DNA of 63,576 bases, filler included, from Folioceros fuciformis (GCA_049999805.1; 9 parts of 9 records of this genome joined end to end with filler, not necessarily neighbours in it); one strand, 5' to 3'. Shown: positions 24,157 through 36,403, counted from the first letter of the whole stretch. Translations and numbers: made by a program. Notes: generated from the letters alone by a model not told the origin.

Positions 24157-27100
24157 ATGGCGTCGCTCGCACATCCCTCCGCAACTGCAAGCAATTACCA
24201 CTTGCAATCTCTGCCTCGCATCTGCAACTTGAAGATGAACCCCCTGTCCAACACTAATTACAGCCGGAGTCTGGCAGCCATAGCCTTGGCTAACCATTCC
24301 GCTGCCTTGAACCAGCTCTCTGCTCTCAATTCTGCCTCCTCTTCCCTTGCCTCGCATTCCCCTGCCGCAGTTGCAGATCTATCTGCTTCTGTTTCTGGGT
24401 CCGGGTCCAGCTGTGGGGTGGGTCTCGGAGGAGATGTCAGAATGCCTGCCTCCGCCTTGATGATGCGGGAGGCGGCCATGGATGTATCGGTCACGTCCTC
24501 CCCGCTGGGATCTCCCGGAACGGCGCCGTGGTTTGCTGCTGCCCACCCCGGGTCTGGAGGCTACTTCTCCCCGGACCTCAGATCCGTGGGAGGAGGAGCA
24601 GGAGGAGGGGGAGGATTTCAAGCCGGGTCCATGGAGATGGCGTTGAAGAAACTCGGGGAATGCGGTAGGATGGGCAGCGATTTCCATGCCGTTCTACCTC
24701 ACCAACAACACACTCTCCCTCCTGTGCAACAACAGCAGCAGCGCCTGAGATCGTCTGATTCCAACGTTACCAGATTTGGGTCTCTCCAGCAGCAGCAGCA
24801 ACAACAGTTGCATCAAGAGACCTCAGGAAACGACTGGGCCATCGGCGGCAGCAACACCCACGGTCAGCAGCAATGCACGGATGCGAATCTCAGTTTCGCC
24901 TCCTCCATGGCCGCGGCCCTGGTCCCGTCTTCTGGGCGGGGATCTCTAGCAGCCAGGGCTGTTCTGTTGGGAGGTGCGAACAACTTGCAGAGGCAGCAGC
25001 AAGAGAGCTACGGCCGGGCCGGGAGCGGGGAAGGGGACTCCATTTCCGCCAGGATCCTGCGAGCCATCGGCGAGGGCAGCACCCAACAACAGCAGCAGCA
25101 GCAGCATCAACAGCATCAGCAGGTCCTAAGAAGAGACGACAGCAGCATGCTGCAGGAGATGATGGGCTGCGGTACCTACAGCATCACTCCCCCGAACAAT
25201 GCCGCCCAACATTTCCTCGCCTCCGTGAGACCCATGGCCATGCCCGCCATGTCCATGCAGGGGAGCATGGAGGCCGACTGGACATCGCTGCTCATGGACG
25301 CAGCAGCCGCCGATGTCACTGTCAGCCTCCAGGCTTCCCTACCCAAGCCATCGCCCGCCAGCCTTCATTTTATCCCGGACTCCACCTTCCCGGACACTAA
25401 AATGCTCTACCACGGTCGAGCAGGAACCGGTGAAGGAGCGGGGCAGCCAGGCGGAGGAGGAGGAGGAGGAGGAGGCGGCGGCGGCAGCGGCGGCGGGACC
25501 GGGGGGGACGCACAGCTGGAAGATGGCGCCGCCTTTCTGGATGATCCTAGTGGCAAGCACGCCGTCGGGGCCTTGAATTTCGGTCCCCCTGCCCTAGATC
25601 CCGCCAGGGCCCAGTTGCAGGCGGAGCTGCCTGGCGGTGGAGCGCGAAGTCCGCTGCATTCCCCCAGTTTCGGCACCAAAATTACTTCCTTGCAGAATCT
25701 GGGCAGCAGCAGCAGCAACACCAAAGGAGAGCCGGGCGCACGGGCAGACAACATCGCTCTCGCATCGGATGCGCCCAGAATGTGGCCTCCTGGATCCAGA
25801 AAGGATGCAGGCATTCCCAAGCAGCCCCCCGGGCTGGCCCGAACCATGTCGGCGAATTCCCGGGGGAATTCTCCCGGAGAGCTGGAGATGGAGCAGTGCT
25901 CTTCCATGTCGGCGATGCTGGAGACCGAGCTCCCGCTCTCGGACAAGAGATTCGGGAAGAGCGGGAGGCGGCTCTCCCGGACCTCCAGCCCATCCGTGTC
26001 CACCATGATGGACCTGGCGAGCCTGGAGCACGGCACCGGGAACAGCTCCGCCTCGACCTCCGCGTCGGAACGGGGCGATGCCGAGGAGAAGAAGAATCTG
26101 GGTGAGCCCGTTCCAGAAGCCTCGGGATCGGGGCTGTCCATGGCGGGGAAGGGGAAGGCAGTTGTGGGCGGGAATGGGAATGACGGTGCTGAGGTGGGTG
26201 GTGACGATTCCTCCTCTTCCAAGCTGGCTGTGAAGGAGAATTCTGAGGACAGCCAGGGGAAGAAGCGGAAGGGGAGGGGAAGCGAGGACGGGCCTGCTGG
26301 GAAGACCAGCGTCACCTCCGCGTCCACAGCTGCTAAGGACACTAAGGTGGGTTCGTGGGTGGGATTTGATGCTCGTGCGTGCGGAGAAAGTGGGTTTCTT
26401 GTTTAGAGCTGGAAGACGGTGTCTGAAGTGTTTGTGTGTGTGTGTGTGCTGCAGAACGAGGAAGGTGTTGATGCTGCCACCCGAGGTAAACGGTGTAAAG
26501 CATCCACGTCTGTCAGTGAGCCGGATGCGGGCCGGGGAAAGGCGGGCGGGGTGAAATTGGAGAAGACTGCCAGTGACAATTCCGCTGACAGCGCTGGTGG
26601 TGGTCCTAGCACTCACGCTAGTAAGCCACCGGAGGCTCCCAAGCCTGACTACATCCATGTCCGAGCACGTCGGGGCCAGGCGACCGACAGTCACAGCCTG
26701 GCTGAGAGGGTGCGTCAGTGAGATTGCAGCATTCAGCTCAAAGCTACAATGGCTGGTGAATGCCCTGAGCGGTTTGTGTTCGATGGTATCTGAGCTCCTG
26801 CCGTCGTCGTCGTGTGTCATGTGCAGGTCAGAAGAGAGAAGATCAGCGAGCGTATGAAATTCTTGCAGGACCTTGTTCCTGGCTGCAGCAAGGTGATAAG
26901 ATTTTTGAGTTTTGTACAAGTTGGTTTTTAAATGGGCATGGCAGTCACTGTTTCATGGGATATGCCGTGACAAGCCTCAGCCCCCCTGCCACACATGCAC
27001 AGGTCACGGGAAAAGCTATGATGCTCGACGAGATCATCAACTACGTCCAGTCCCTGCAGCGTCAAGTTGAGGTAGAGTACAGCTGCCTTAATGCGATTGA

Positions 27101-27963
27101 AAGAGGATGCGTGATCATAGTGCTTGTCTAGACGCGAATGTCGTGCATGGATTCCAATTTGCTCGTTCGCTTGCTGCAGTATCTGTCTATGAAGCTGGCC
27201 AGCGTGAACCCCAGGATGGACTTCGGGGGTGTGGAATCCCTTCTCTCGAAAGAGGTGAGGCGAGTTTTACAGGTCCACTACTGTTCTTGAGATTGAATGA
27301 GCTCTGGACACAATTCTCACATCTCTGAATTTTGGGCTGTCAGCAACCACGAGGCTTCGCACAAGGTGGCCAGCAACAGCTGATGATCGGTGCGGACCCC
27401 ATCACAATTCCGTCCTCGGCTTACCCTCAGCTCCATCCCCAGCAACAGGCCATTGCGATGCAGCAACTTGCAGTAACTTGCGGATTGGACATGCGGGCTT
27501 TGGGTACCCAAATGGATACAGTCGCTGGAGGATTGAGACGACCCCTTTTATCCCCAGCTTCCACTTCCTCCATCACCATGGCGCACAGTGCCAGGGATCC
27601 CTTCGAGGATTCTGTCTCCCAGGTGCATATGGGGAACCCTGTAGTTTCTGCGAGCACATTCAATAAATGTCAACACATCAGGAGGTTCCCTGCTTTCACA
27701 CCATCAGTATCTGACTATGGAGGGTGCCTGCAGGTATCAGCCGTCTGGGATGGAGAGCTTCACAGTGTGGTCCAGATGGGGTTTGCCCAAAATCGTCTCT
27801 CGGCTCTTGCTTCACCGAGTCTTCGAGGTAATTCTGAATAAGGCGTTCGCTCGTGTCGAAAGCGTGATCCAAGTTGGAATACGACCGAGCTCACATGGTT
27901 CCCTTGTCTCTCGATCAATCGACAGGTCCCCTTCCACCCGGCAATATGAAGCTGGAGCGGTGA
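24157..27963 (+). CDS. bHLH transcription factor, subfamily XII (CIB/BEE/BPE-like), 8 exons, ~1021 aa
   Basis: Exons 24157-26346, 26455-26709, 26827-26892, 27003-27071, 27180-27254, 27344-27622, 27734-27827 and 27926-27963 total 3066 nt. Domain: [77 protein letters not shown], with the three canonical bHLH introns. C-terminal [11 protein letters not shown] and MKLER*. Confidence 0.95.
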
Positions 27964-29300
27964 GCCATCCAAATGGAGGGATACTCGACGCTGGGGGATG
28001 GAAGAGAATGCAGGTGCCAAGAATAGTTCCACCTTGAGCATTGCTTATACCCACAATTCCATTCTGTGCAAGGTTGCTTCCGGAAGGATAATCGCGTGCG
28101 AGCCTTGGCAGTCGGTGCCAAGTTGGGATCTGGGCTCCTCCGGCAGTATGTAGCGCACTGGACTTGTGGGCATGTAAGTCGATTTCCGCAGTGTGAGACA
28201 TTTCTTCAGGCTGCTGTCTCCAAGAACTCGGAGTTGTCACAGCACCTGAAGATCGGCCTCAACTGGGCTATCCGCTTTCAGGGTGGAGCTGTATGTACTA
28301 TACTGAAACTTCAACTAATGTGAGGCTTTAACACGGTTAGGATAGGACTGACAGACGCAGGCCAGCTGCCTTTCATGTCATGATATGAGGGCGATGGCTC
28401 GCCTTTACCTTTAGAAACTGCTAAAAGCACTTACAATACTTGAGGAAAGTGATCAAAGGTTTGGGTAAGATCATTCTGTCTTGTACATTCCCAAGGTGCT
28501 GTTGAGATCAAGTGTCTCCTCCCCGAAGGCGTAAGCGCTGCACTGTAACCTCATCCAAGCTCTGTTCTCTTCAGCTCTAGGATGGAGGGTGGAGTAGATT
28601 TACGAGGAGACTTCATGGTGAACGCATATTACTTTCTACATCGCAGCATCGCAGTCCGTCAGCACTCAGACCTCCTCTGCTTGCACGGAAAAGAATGTGA
28701 ACAGAGGTGGCCCACACTGTACTTCTTTTTGTCATCTACTTTTAGCTTGGCTCCATTCTCGTCCGTCCTTTTCACTTCAGAGTTCGAACACCAGTGGCCA
28801 TTCTGGGTGTCGTGGTCCTTTACTGGCTTGCCAGGAGATGCACTTCCCCTGGTGGCCATCGTTAAAGAATTGGTTAAAGGTGACATTCTTGTTCGGACAC
28901 TCAGCAGCTGGGACCCTTCAAAGCACGAAAGAAAAAAGTCGACTTGTCCGCGTCTGTCGCGGTAGATATATAGAGGTGTCACCTACCTACTGTTTGTGAT
29001 TGAATGAGCAAGCTGCAAGCCCGGTACTTGTTTTTGCAGCTCATCTTTGAGAACGGTCAGCCTTCCACACACACAAATGCAATCTTGTGGGGGAGGTATG
29101 CACTACAAGCTCTTCTTGGCCCGGCTCATGTCGTCACATCTACTGGTACGCGTGCTTCAGAGACGGTAAAGAAAGTTTGGCCCACACAATGTACATATGT
29201 ATGTAGTGTGTTTCACAACACAAAAAAAGAAAAAGAAAAAAAGGAGAGAGAAGATGGGATATCAATGTTTTACTGCACGTTGGTTTGATCATGTCCGACC

Positions 29301-32300
29301 TCAAAACTCGTCGAAGAGTTGATGCCACACTTCTGTGAAGACAGCCACTATGAGATGATGGTACTCCACTGCATTCAGTGTGAGGTAAGCCTGCAAGAGC
29401 TCTTCGAGCTCGCCGGGCTCTCGCATGTCCTTCTCCACAATCATGGCTATCATGGATGTCCGGAAGTCTTGGTACGGGTCTAGGGTATTCTTCACCACAG
29501 ACACACTTTCTCTCACTTTGAGGGTCTGAATTGAAGAAGGTAGATCCACCAGCTTCTGGTCATCCATCATTTCCTCCGACATCAACTTGTCCTTGCGGGG
29601 GTTTTGCCTGGAGGGCTTAGGGAGAGAGGTATTTCCACCTTGGGACAAAGATTTGTCCCGTCTTCCGCACTGACTCCTGCTCTCTGCTGGACACCTCAAA
29701 GCACTGACCTGTGCGCCTCTGATCCTTGGTCTGCCTCTTGGTACAGTGGAAGAAACAATTTTCTTCTGGGGGCTTGCGTGCTTCAGCAACCGCGAGTTTT
29801 CTCTGAATTTCTGAATGCTTTGTGACGAAGAGTTGTACTCTGCCAGTGCCCAGGCATTGCTTTCATCCTGCCAGCTGTCCCGTGCAGGAGTTGAACTTTC
29901 AGAGCTGGATTTATCTAGATAAGTGCTATAGTACTCTAAGTCGAGGCTTGCCTGGCCCTTCCTGTGAGATCGTGGCACCTTAGCATTCACCATCCCGTGG
30001 CTGAGGTGGGCACCTGATTTTCCACCTCGCCACCGGTGGGCCGGCATGCCATCATAACTGACCCTGGCCCTAGACCTTGTCGCTGTTGACGAGCAGTCAG
30101 AATAGGAGCGACTGGACTCTGGACTGCACCTGCCATTTGTGATAAGTCTACCAGGTGACGGTTTCTGGTCAGCAGAGGTTACTACGTTGGAGCACTTCAC
30201 ATCTCCCTGATCCGCCGCAGCCGTCATGACCGTGCTTCCTGGAATGGGCTTCAACGTCTTCTCTAGCATTTGATGGACAATATCCTCTTCCTGCTCCTCT
30301 GCTAATGGCTGTTCAACATCCACAAGGTCCTCAAGATCTGCAAGGTCCTCAAGATCTGTGGAGCAATTGGACAGAATGTTGAATTTCTGAGGAGTTGTCT
30401 TGGACTCGGTCTTCAAGAAACTGTCCAACTCCTCGTTAGCGTACTTGCATATGGACTCGGTGTAGGGAGTGTCCTTGCAGTCTTCACCACCTGCTGCTTC
30501 ATTCAGGCTGTTGAGACTTTTATGTTTTACCGGTGACAATTCCTCATCCCCCACAGTTACTGTACCTGAACCGAATTCTGTGGCGTCGAAATGGGCTGTC
30601 TCTGCATCTGCTTCAGGAGGTGACTTGCCTGTTCTAGTCTTGAGGTGCAGGACCTTAGCTAATTCTCTGCCAGTCGCAGTAAGGGGAAGCTGAATAGACA
30701 GATACTCCTCGAGTCTCTCTTGCAGGCTTGGGGACAACTGGAATGGGAGCTTCACAGGAACCTTAACCGGGAACTCCTCTACCAAGAAACTCTTCTCATC
30801 AGGCCTCTTCTCCACAGATCCTCTTGATTCCTGTATGATCTTCTCTTGCAAATCAGAGACTGACGTTAGCCCAACAGAACCGACTACCGAGGTTTTGGAT
30901 GACCTATCCTCCAGTTTCGACATATTTACAGCAACCAGAGGATCAGAGCAGCTGTTACCTGGCTTTTGCGCCGGCCCGGGGGGGATAACAGCCACATCAC
31001 TACTAAGATTGTTATTACCACATTGGTGAGACCGGCAGCTGACTAAACTATCAACAAGGTCTGGGCGGCCAGATTTACCACGAAACCCTGAGAGAACGTA
31101 TCCCGACAGGAAGTTTTTCTTGGCAGAAGTGTCTACCTCAAAGGAAGTGAAGAGACTGGAGTCCTCGCTGGTAGCAGACGCCGACGAAGGAACCGGCTTT
31201 TCCACCTTGGATGGTCCTGTAGGACAGATAACCACGTTTCTGCGGACACCGGAATCTCTCCCCTGCCCTGCAACCATCGTGCCCTGGTGGAAGCTGCCAC
31301 CCTGCCGAATATGGTGCTTGTTGGAAACAATATGCTCGGTAGACGCAAGCTGGATGGAAACGTCTACAGATGAATTGGGAGGGAACAAACATGTGCCTTG
31401 ATTCAGGTCGCCATTATGATAGGGCATGCATTCCGGGGCTATCTGCTTGGAGGAAACATGGGGTACAACCTTCCCAACAGACTTGTTGGGAGACCCGCTG
31501 TCATCATGAATGAATCTGGCCAAGGACTTCGCAGAGCAACCCAAGCTCACCGTTGGCGGTCCTCCTGCGCTCCCAGACACGATGCTGAAGTAGCCCGTAG
31601 AGTCGTAACCTTCCCTGTCTTTCACGTTGTTGTTTGCCTGAACAAGCTTGGAAACTGGACCCCCCTTCGCCCCAACATCCTCGAACTCATTTTGCTGTGT
31701 GACAGATGCTTTGAAGTCGGAAGTCGGGGTGAAAACTGAGGAACTTCGTACATGCCTGGGACGGTAGGTTCTGTCACTGCTCCCGGACTTCAATCCTCCT
31801 CCTTCAGCAGCCCTTTCCAGGAAATGCTTGTCAGCAGACGGCATGAAGACACCTGAACGCACGTCGTCGAAGCGCGCACTCTTTGACGCCAACCCAGCGG
31901 AGATCGGCGGAGAGCCACTGCAAGCCCAAACTTCATCCGCTCCTGGACCAAAATTCTTCTTGTGCACCACCTTCTTGGTGACAGGCTCATCAACAACAGA
32001 TCTGGAGACATCCCATCTGCTCTCCTTCCCCCAATCGTAGACATCCTCCTGAATCTCCCCCTTCTGCTTCATGTGATTCAAGGAATTGGATCGGCGAAGT
32101 TGCTGGGCGGGAGGTCTCACCGATTCCAAATTCCCCGTCTCGACGTCACAGCTCGCCCACCTCTTGCTGTGCTTCACGTTCTCCTCTCGAAGAACGTCTT
32201 CATACACGAAATTCCCGACACTCTCCAGCTTCCAACAGGAACCCGTGGACCGCCTCGACGACGGATCACGACCTCGCAGCTCCCCACTTCCAAAGATTTG

Positions 32301-34334
32301 GCTCTCCGTGGTCGACGCTGGGCTGAAGAACTGTCTCCCAGACGCATCATCTTCCACGTCTCGAACATCGATATCCTGAGACTGGCCATGTCCTGGCCGG
32401 AGAAGGCTCTGCTTCGCCGACCCTTCCTCATTCTTGCTGACAGTACGAGGCTCCGCGGATTTGCTCTTGTTGGATCTCCTCACCGAAAGCAGAACAGACG
32501 AGAACCTGCTGGAAAGATGCCCGACGTGGCTGTCGCGTGACCTTGTAGAGCCAATGTTGGAACTCCTGTCCTCATTCCCTTGACCGTCCTTCGCTGTCCC
32601 GCCGCTCGCATGCGATTTCACGATCTTCTTGATGCTCGACAAGCCCATACAGCTGGAGGACACAACCTTACTGGACGTCCGCAGCTTCCTCCCGGAAAAG
32701 AAGCGAGAGGAAGTGTCCCCATCGACCACGGCCTTGGATCCACCTCCCCGGCCATAGAGCTGCTCCCTCACCTGGTTCTCTATCAGCTGAGAGATGGCAT
32801 CAACACTCCCCCCTGCAATCATGGACTCCGTCCCCTCGCGATCACCATTACTAGGACCACGATCAAACTTGGAAGCCAAACTCCGGTTGGACGCAGTGAT
32901 GAGCGACTGAGCCGCCTCAGACACATCAGATCCAGATCTGCTATGCGTTTTCCTGAATACCTTCATCACAGAGCTGGCATTGGAAATGAGAGAACCGGAC
33001 TTGGAAGAGGAGGACTTGGCACCAGTACTACCATTTGCAGACTGCACTACTCCAAAGACCATTTCAGATCTGGCATGAGGGAGGTGAGATTCGGCAATCT
33101 CGACAGAATCGCTACCGTAACGAGATTCTTTGAACATCCGGACTCCATCCTGCCCACGCTCCTCCTCCCTTTCCCGTTTCAGCGCAAAACCTTGCCATTG
33201 AACCGTGTCTTGCAATTGGGTTCGTGCAGTTGTGGTGCTGGGAGCGGATTCGAGCAGCAACTCCTTCACCTCCGGGGCCTGCTGCTGCTGCTGGCCCTCC
33301 ACTTCCCCAGGCCCCCGAGCTTCCGTCAGAGTTGCCAAGTCCTGAGAACCAGGAGGTGCAGCAGCGGGCGTGAGGATGTGAGAGACCACAGTTTTCCTGT
33401 AGCCGGCTGCAGGAGTGGAGGCTTTTTTTGGAGAGGCTGAGGCGGGGAACGGGATATTGATGCTTTTGAAGGACTTGCTTCCCGCAGGGGAATTGGTGGC
33501 CAGAGCGAGGAGGCGGGCGGGAGAGAGGCAGAACCGGGCGCCAGTGCCCTGCTGACAAGGACTGGGACTGAGAGAGTCACTCGCGTTGGATGCGCGTGGC
33601 CCAGCCCCCGGGGTCGGGCGAGGAAGGCGGCAATCCGGGGACTCCTCCACCGGGCTCAGCTGGGTCCTTCCCTGGCCGGGAGATGAGATTAGAAAGCGTC
33701 GGTTTACTGCCTGCTCATGAGTCTCACCTTCTCCAGCCTGGTCCTCGGCCGCCGCTTCCTCTTGACCGCTGAATCGGGGAGGAGAGACCGGGAAGACGGA
33801 ATTGATGCGCGTCGTAATCCGAGGACCGCTGTTCAAGAAATGCAAAGTGTGTAGACGCAGGCTCTCCTCCTCCTCCTCCTCCTCCCGCTCCTCAGTCGCT
33901 GCTGCTGCTGCTGCTCCTGCCGAATCCGCATCTGCATCTTGCGTGTGAGTCGGGGCGGGGGAGGAGAAGGACTCGGATAGGGCTGACAGTTCCCGGGAGC
34001 AAGCTTGAGAGAAGTCCTGGGAGAAGTCCTGCGACAGGTCTTGGAAGGAGTTGTAGCTATCGTGGAAGGCGACTACGCTCTGGAATTGCTGGCTGGGATC
34101 GGATTCATCGAGGCAACCGCTACGATTCTGACTGAGAGACGAGGATCCGGAGGGAAGGTGGGAATGGTTTGGTCTTCGAAGGGCCAGGAAGCGGGCCGTC
34201 CTTGGCAATGCAGCTCCGCGTACCTTCTTGGCTTCTTTGAAAAACCTTCCATACAGCCAGGCCTGGGCCTGGGGAAGCACAACTTGAGGGAGCGTGAAGC
34301 CCGGGGCCACTGCCTGTTGGGTGTCAACCTCCAT
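29301..34334 (-). CDS. OFP: OVATE family protein (OFP), single large coding exon, ~1677 aa
   Basis: Uninterrupted 5-kb ORF. C-terminal OVATE domain ESVSVVKNTLDPYQDFRTSMIAMIVEK...LEELLQAYLTLNAVEYHHLIVAVFTEVW. N-terminal AWLYGRF resembles the (S/A)W(F/L)Y motif of OFP N-termini. First ATG at 34334 follows a likely acceptor at 34357. Confidence 0.93.
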   Translation of the reverse strand: MEVDTQQAVAPGFTLPQVVLPQAQAWLYGRFFKEAKKVRGAALPRTARFLALRRPNHSHLPSGSSSLSQNRSGCLDESDPSQQFQSVVAFHDSYNSFQDLSQDFSQDFSQACSRELSALSESFSSPAPTHTQDADADSAGAAAAAATEEREEEEEEESLRLHTLHFLNSGPRITTRINSVFPVSPPRFSGQEEAAAEDQAGEGETHEQAVNRRFLISSPGQGRTQLSPVEESPDCRLPRPTPGAGPRASNASDSLSPSPCQQGTGARFCLSPARLLALATNSPAGSKSFKSINIPFPASASPKKASTPAAGYRKTVVSHILTPAAAPPGSQDLATLTEARGPGEVEGQQQQQAPEVKELLLESAPSTTTARTQLQDTVQWQGFALKREREEERGQDGVRMFKESRYGSDSVEIAESHLPHARSEMVFGVVQSANGSTGAKSSSSKSGSLISNASSVMKVFRKTHSRSGSDVSEAAQSLITASNRSLASKFDRGPSNGDREGTESMIAGGSVDAISQLIENQVREQLYGRGGGSKAVVDGDTSSRFFSGRKLRTSSKVVSSSCMGLSSIKKIVKSHASGGTAKDGQGNEDRSSNIGSTRSRDSHVGHLSSRFSSVLLSVRRSNKSKSAEPRTVSKNEEGSAKQSLLRPGHGQSQDIDVRDVEDDASGRQFFSPASTTESQIFGSGELRGRDPSSRRSTGSCWKLESVGNFVYEDVLREENVKHSKRWASCDVETGNLESVRPPAQQLRRSNSLNHMKQKGEIQEDVYDWGKESRWDVSRSVVDEPVTKKVVHKKNFGPGADEVWACSGSPPISAGLASKSARFDDVRSGVFMPSADKHFLERAAEGGGLKSGSSDRTYRPRHVRSSSVFTPTSDFKASVTQQNEFEDVGAKGGPVSKLVQANNNVKDREGYDSTGYFSIVSGSAGGPPTVSLGCSAKSLARFIHDDSGSPNKSVGKVVPHVSSKQIAPECMPYHNGDLNQGTCLFPPNSSVDVSIQLASTEHIVSNKHHIRQGGSFHQGTMVAGQGRDSGVRRNVVICPTGPSKVEKPVPSSASATSEDSSLFTSFEVDTSAKKNFLSGYVLSGFRGKSGRPDLVDSLVSCRSHQCGNNNLSSDVAVIPPGPAQKPGNSCSDPLVAVNMSKLEDRSSKTSVVGSVGLTSVSDLQEKIIQESRGSVEKRPDEKSFLVEEFPVKVPVKLPFQLSPSLQERLEEYLSIQLPLTATGRELAKVLHLKTRTGKSPPEADAETAHFDATEFGSGTVTVGDEELSPVKHKSLNSLNEAAGGEDCKDTPYTESICKYANEELDSFLKTESKTTPQKFNILSNCSTDLEDLADLEDLVDVEQPLAEEQEEDIVHQMLEKTLKPIPGSTVMTAAADQGDVKCSNVVTSADQKPSPGRLITNGRCSPESSRSYSDCSSTATRSRARVSYDGMPAHRWRGGKSGAHLSHGMVNAKVPRSHRKGQASLDLEYYSTYLDKSSSESSTPARDSWQDESNAWALAEYNSSSQSIQKFRENSRLLKHASPQKKIVSSTVPRGRPRIRGAQVSALRCPAESRSQCGRRDKSLSQGGNTSLPKPSRQNPRKDKLMSEEMMDDQKLVDLPSSIQTLKVRESVSVVKNTLDPYQDFRTSMIAMIVEKDMREPGELEELLQAYLTLNAVEYHHLIVAVFTEVWHQLFDEF

Positions 34335-34651
34335 ACCCACTAGGCTGTCACGCCACCTTGAAGAACCAATTTGAAACAAGAAACAGAAACTTGGGGATGC
34401 TACGCTACTTAATCAGACGAGTGAAGACTATTAGTCTCTGTTGAAGATTGCAGACTGTCCTAAGTATTATTCATGTAAGCACAAAGATGCAGCAACTCAG
34501 CACTGAGCCTCTCCTTACAACAACCACCAACTTCTGTTCAAGGCAGAAAAGCCTTGAGCTTCATCCGGTCTGGGATTGAGTGGGCTGGGCACACAATTCG
34601 TGTCTTTTGCTGGTTCAGGACAAGAGTTGAACCAAGAGAAATGCGTAGAGA

Positions 34652-34798
34652 CTTGTTGCTGGTTGCGACAGTGAGGAAGGTGGATGACTCAGAGGCAAAT
34701 CCTGTTGCTGGTTGCGACAGTGAGGAAGGTGGATGACTCAGAGGTAAATCTTGTTGCTGGTTACGACAGTGAGGAAGGGAAGATGGATGACTCAGAGC
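34652..34798. repeat. 49-bp tandem repeat, 3 copies, upstream of the OFP
   Basis: gttgctggttgcgacagtgaggaaggtggatgactcagagg starts at 34655, 34704 and 34753 (period 49). Confidence 0.92.
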
Positions 34799-36134
34799 TC
34801 GAGGCAATTGATGATGTCGAGGATGCCGCCCCACAAGGAGCAGGAGCAGCAACAGCAACAGGGAAGAGAGGGAAGGGAAGGTAGGGTAAGGGTGTCAGTC
34901 AGGGCCTGGCTGCCCCTGTTCCTTGGCCGAGCAAGGTCTCTCAGAGTGGGGATACATGCATTCGTTTCGTTTTGTGGGCTGGGGTTGAGGCCGAGCACAC
35001 CTTATGAAAGCCGACTATTTTTAGAAAACTACTGGCTGCTTTGCCATGTGTCTTCGCCTGCGTCCTCGCCGTCGGAACCGCGCAGGTACTTCCCGCCTGC
35101 TTTACTCCAGGTACTGTAGTGTGGTGCGCTAAATAGTAGTAGGAATGGGCTTGATTTCAGAATATTGGTTTCTTTGCACATTTGCGTGTGCAAGTACAGG
35201 AGGCGCTTCACCCAATTACCCGGACGTGGGAGTCAGCATTACTGGGAGGTGGTAAAAAGCGCAGCCAAGAATCACTTGACGTCATGGAGCAGAATCTGAC
35301 TTGCCTGGAAGGACATATGGCGAACTTCAGATGAGCTTCTTCGATTGTGCCAAGTGGAAGCGAAGGCCCAAGCCGTTATGCGTGAATAAAAAAAACACCA
35401 CCCAAAGGTTCCAACCCCACCTGTGCTTCTATTCTCTTCTCCCCGTCCCTCGCACCAGCCCGAGCTCGAGCCTCACCCCCAACCCCGACCCGCCCCTCCT
35501 CTAGTACACAAACTGCCACATGTAGACCCCTAACAATGTCACACACAAAGCACAACAAGACAGCCTCCCAAAGTAAGGCGCTTAAAGTACGTAAAGTCTA
35601 TAGAGTGCCAGGTTGCTACTTCCTAATCAACACGGAGGGATGTTGCCGGTTCTCAAACACGACCTACTTCCAAGGCTAACGACATGAACAGGAGCATAAT
35701 TTAATCAAAACTGCAACCTGCTGGTTTTCATTGCCTACATACTTGACACTGTGGGTAGATCATTGCCTAATCTAGATCTGTCCCGCGGCACTCTTTCTTG
35801 TGCAAGTTGAAAGAGTGCAGAAGTCCTACTTTTCCACGCAACTAAGTCCGGCTATCTAGAAGACGAGAAAGCTGGAGAAAAACATGATAGATGAGATCAC
35901 CAGTCCCGCCCAGTTGACTGTGGCTGTGGCGAAAGCTGCATTGGTACCCACTTGTGACGCCGAAGGCCCGCCTGACGGCCCAGCAGCGGAACTGCGTGGT
36001 CCTGCAGCAGCAGGACGAGGAGGAGGGGGAGCAGNNNNNNNNNNNNNNNNNNNNNNNNNNNNNNNNNNNNNNNNNNNNTTAATTAATTAANNNNNNNNNN
36101 NNNNNNNNNNNNNNNNNNNNNNNNNNNNNNNNNN

Positions 36135-36403
36135 GTGTAGAGCGAGCCATGTTTGGCCGCAGCCTTCTCGATGTTGACGATCTTGAGCGTGGCCTCAGTG
36201 AGGAAAATGGAGAGGACTCCCGCAGGCACCGTCTCTGGGGTTTGAGGCGTCTGCGCTGTGCGCGCAGTGGAAGCTGTGGAAGGCCCGGATTCTGGCCTGG
36301 ATCCCGCTGAACTCTTCTGCGAAGTAGGCGCTGAGCCAGGAGGATCAGGCGCTCCTTGCGCGGTTGCAGGAGGCGCTCCTTTCGCGGCGGCAGCATTAGC
36401 CAT
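36135..36403 (-). CDS. 5' part of an uncharacterized protein, truncated by the gap (may continue at 36034-35600)
   Basis: ATG in GCCATGG context. An Ala/Pro/Ser-rich N-terminus leads to GVLSIFLTEATLKIVNIEK and runs into the Ns. Pro/Ala-rich minus-strand sequence with splice-like signals lies left of the gap. Confidence 0.4.

Noticed and set aside
25407-26919. Long minus-strand ORFs (311 and 441 aa)
   Set aside because: Antisense shadows of the GC-rich bHLH coding sequence.
28659-28982. 107-aa minus-strand ORF between the bHLH and the OFP
   Set aside because: No recognisable domain or convincing gene structure; could be OFP 3' UTR.
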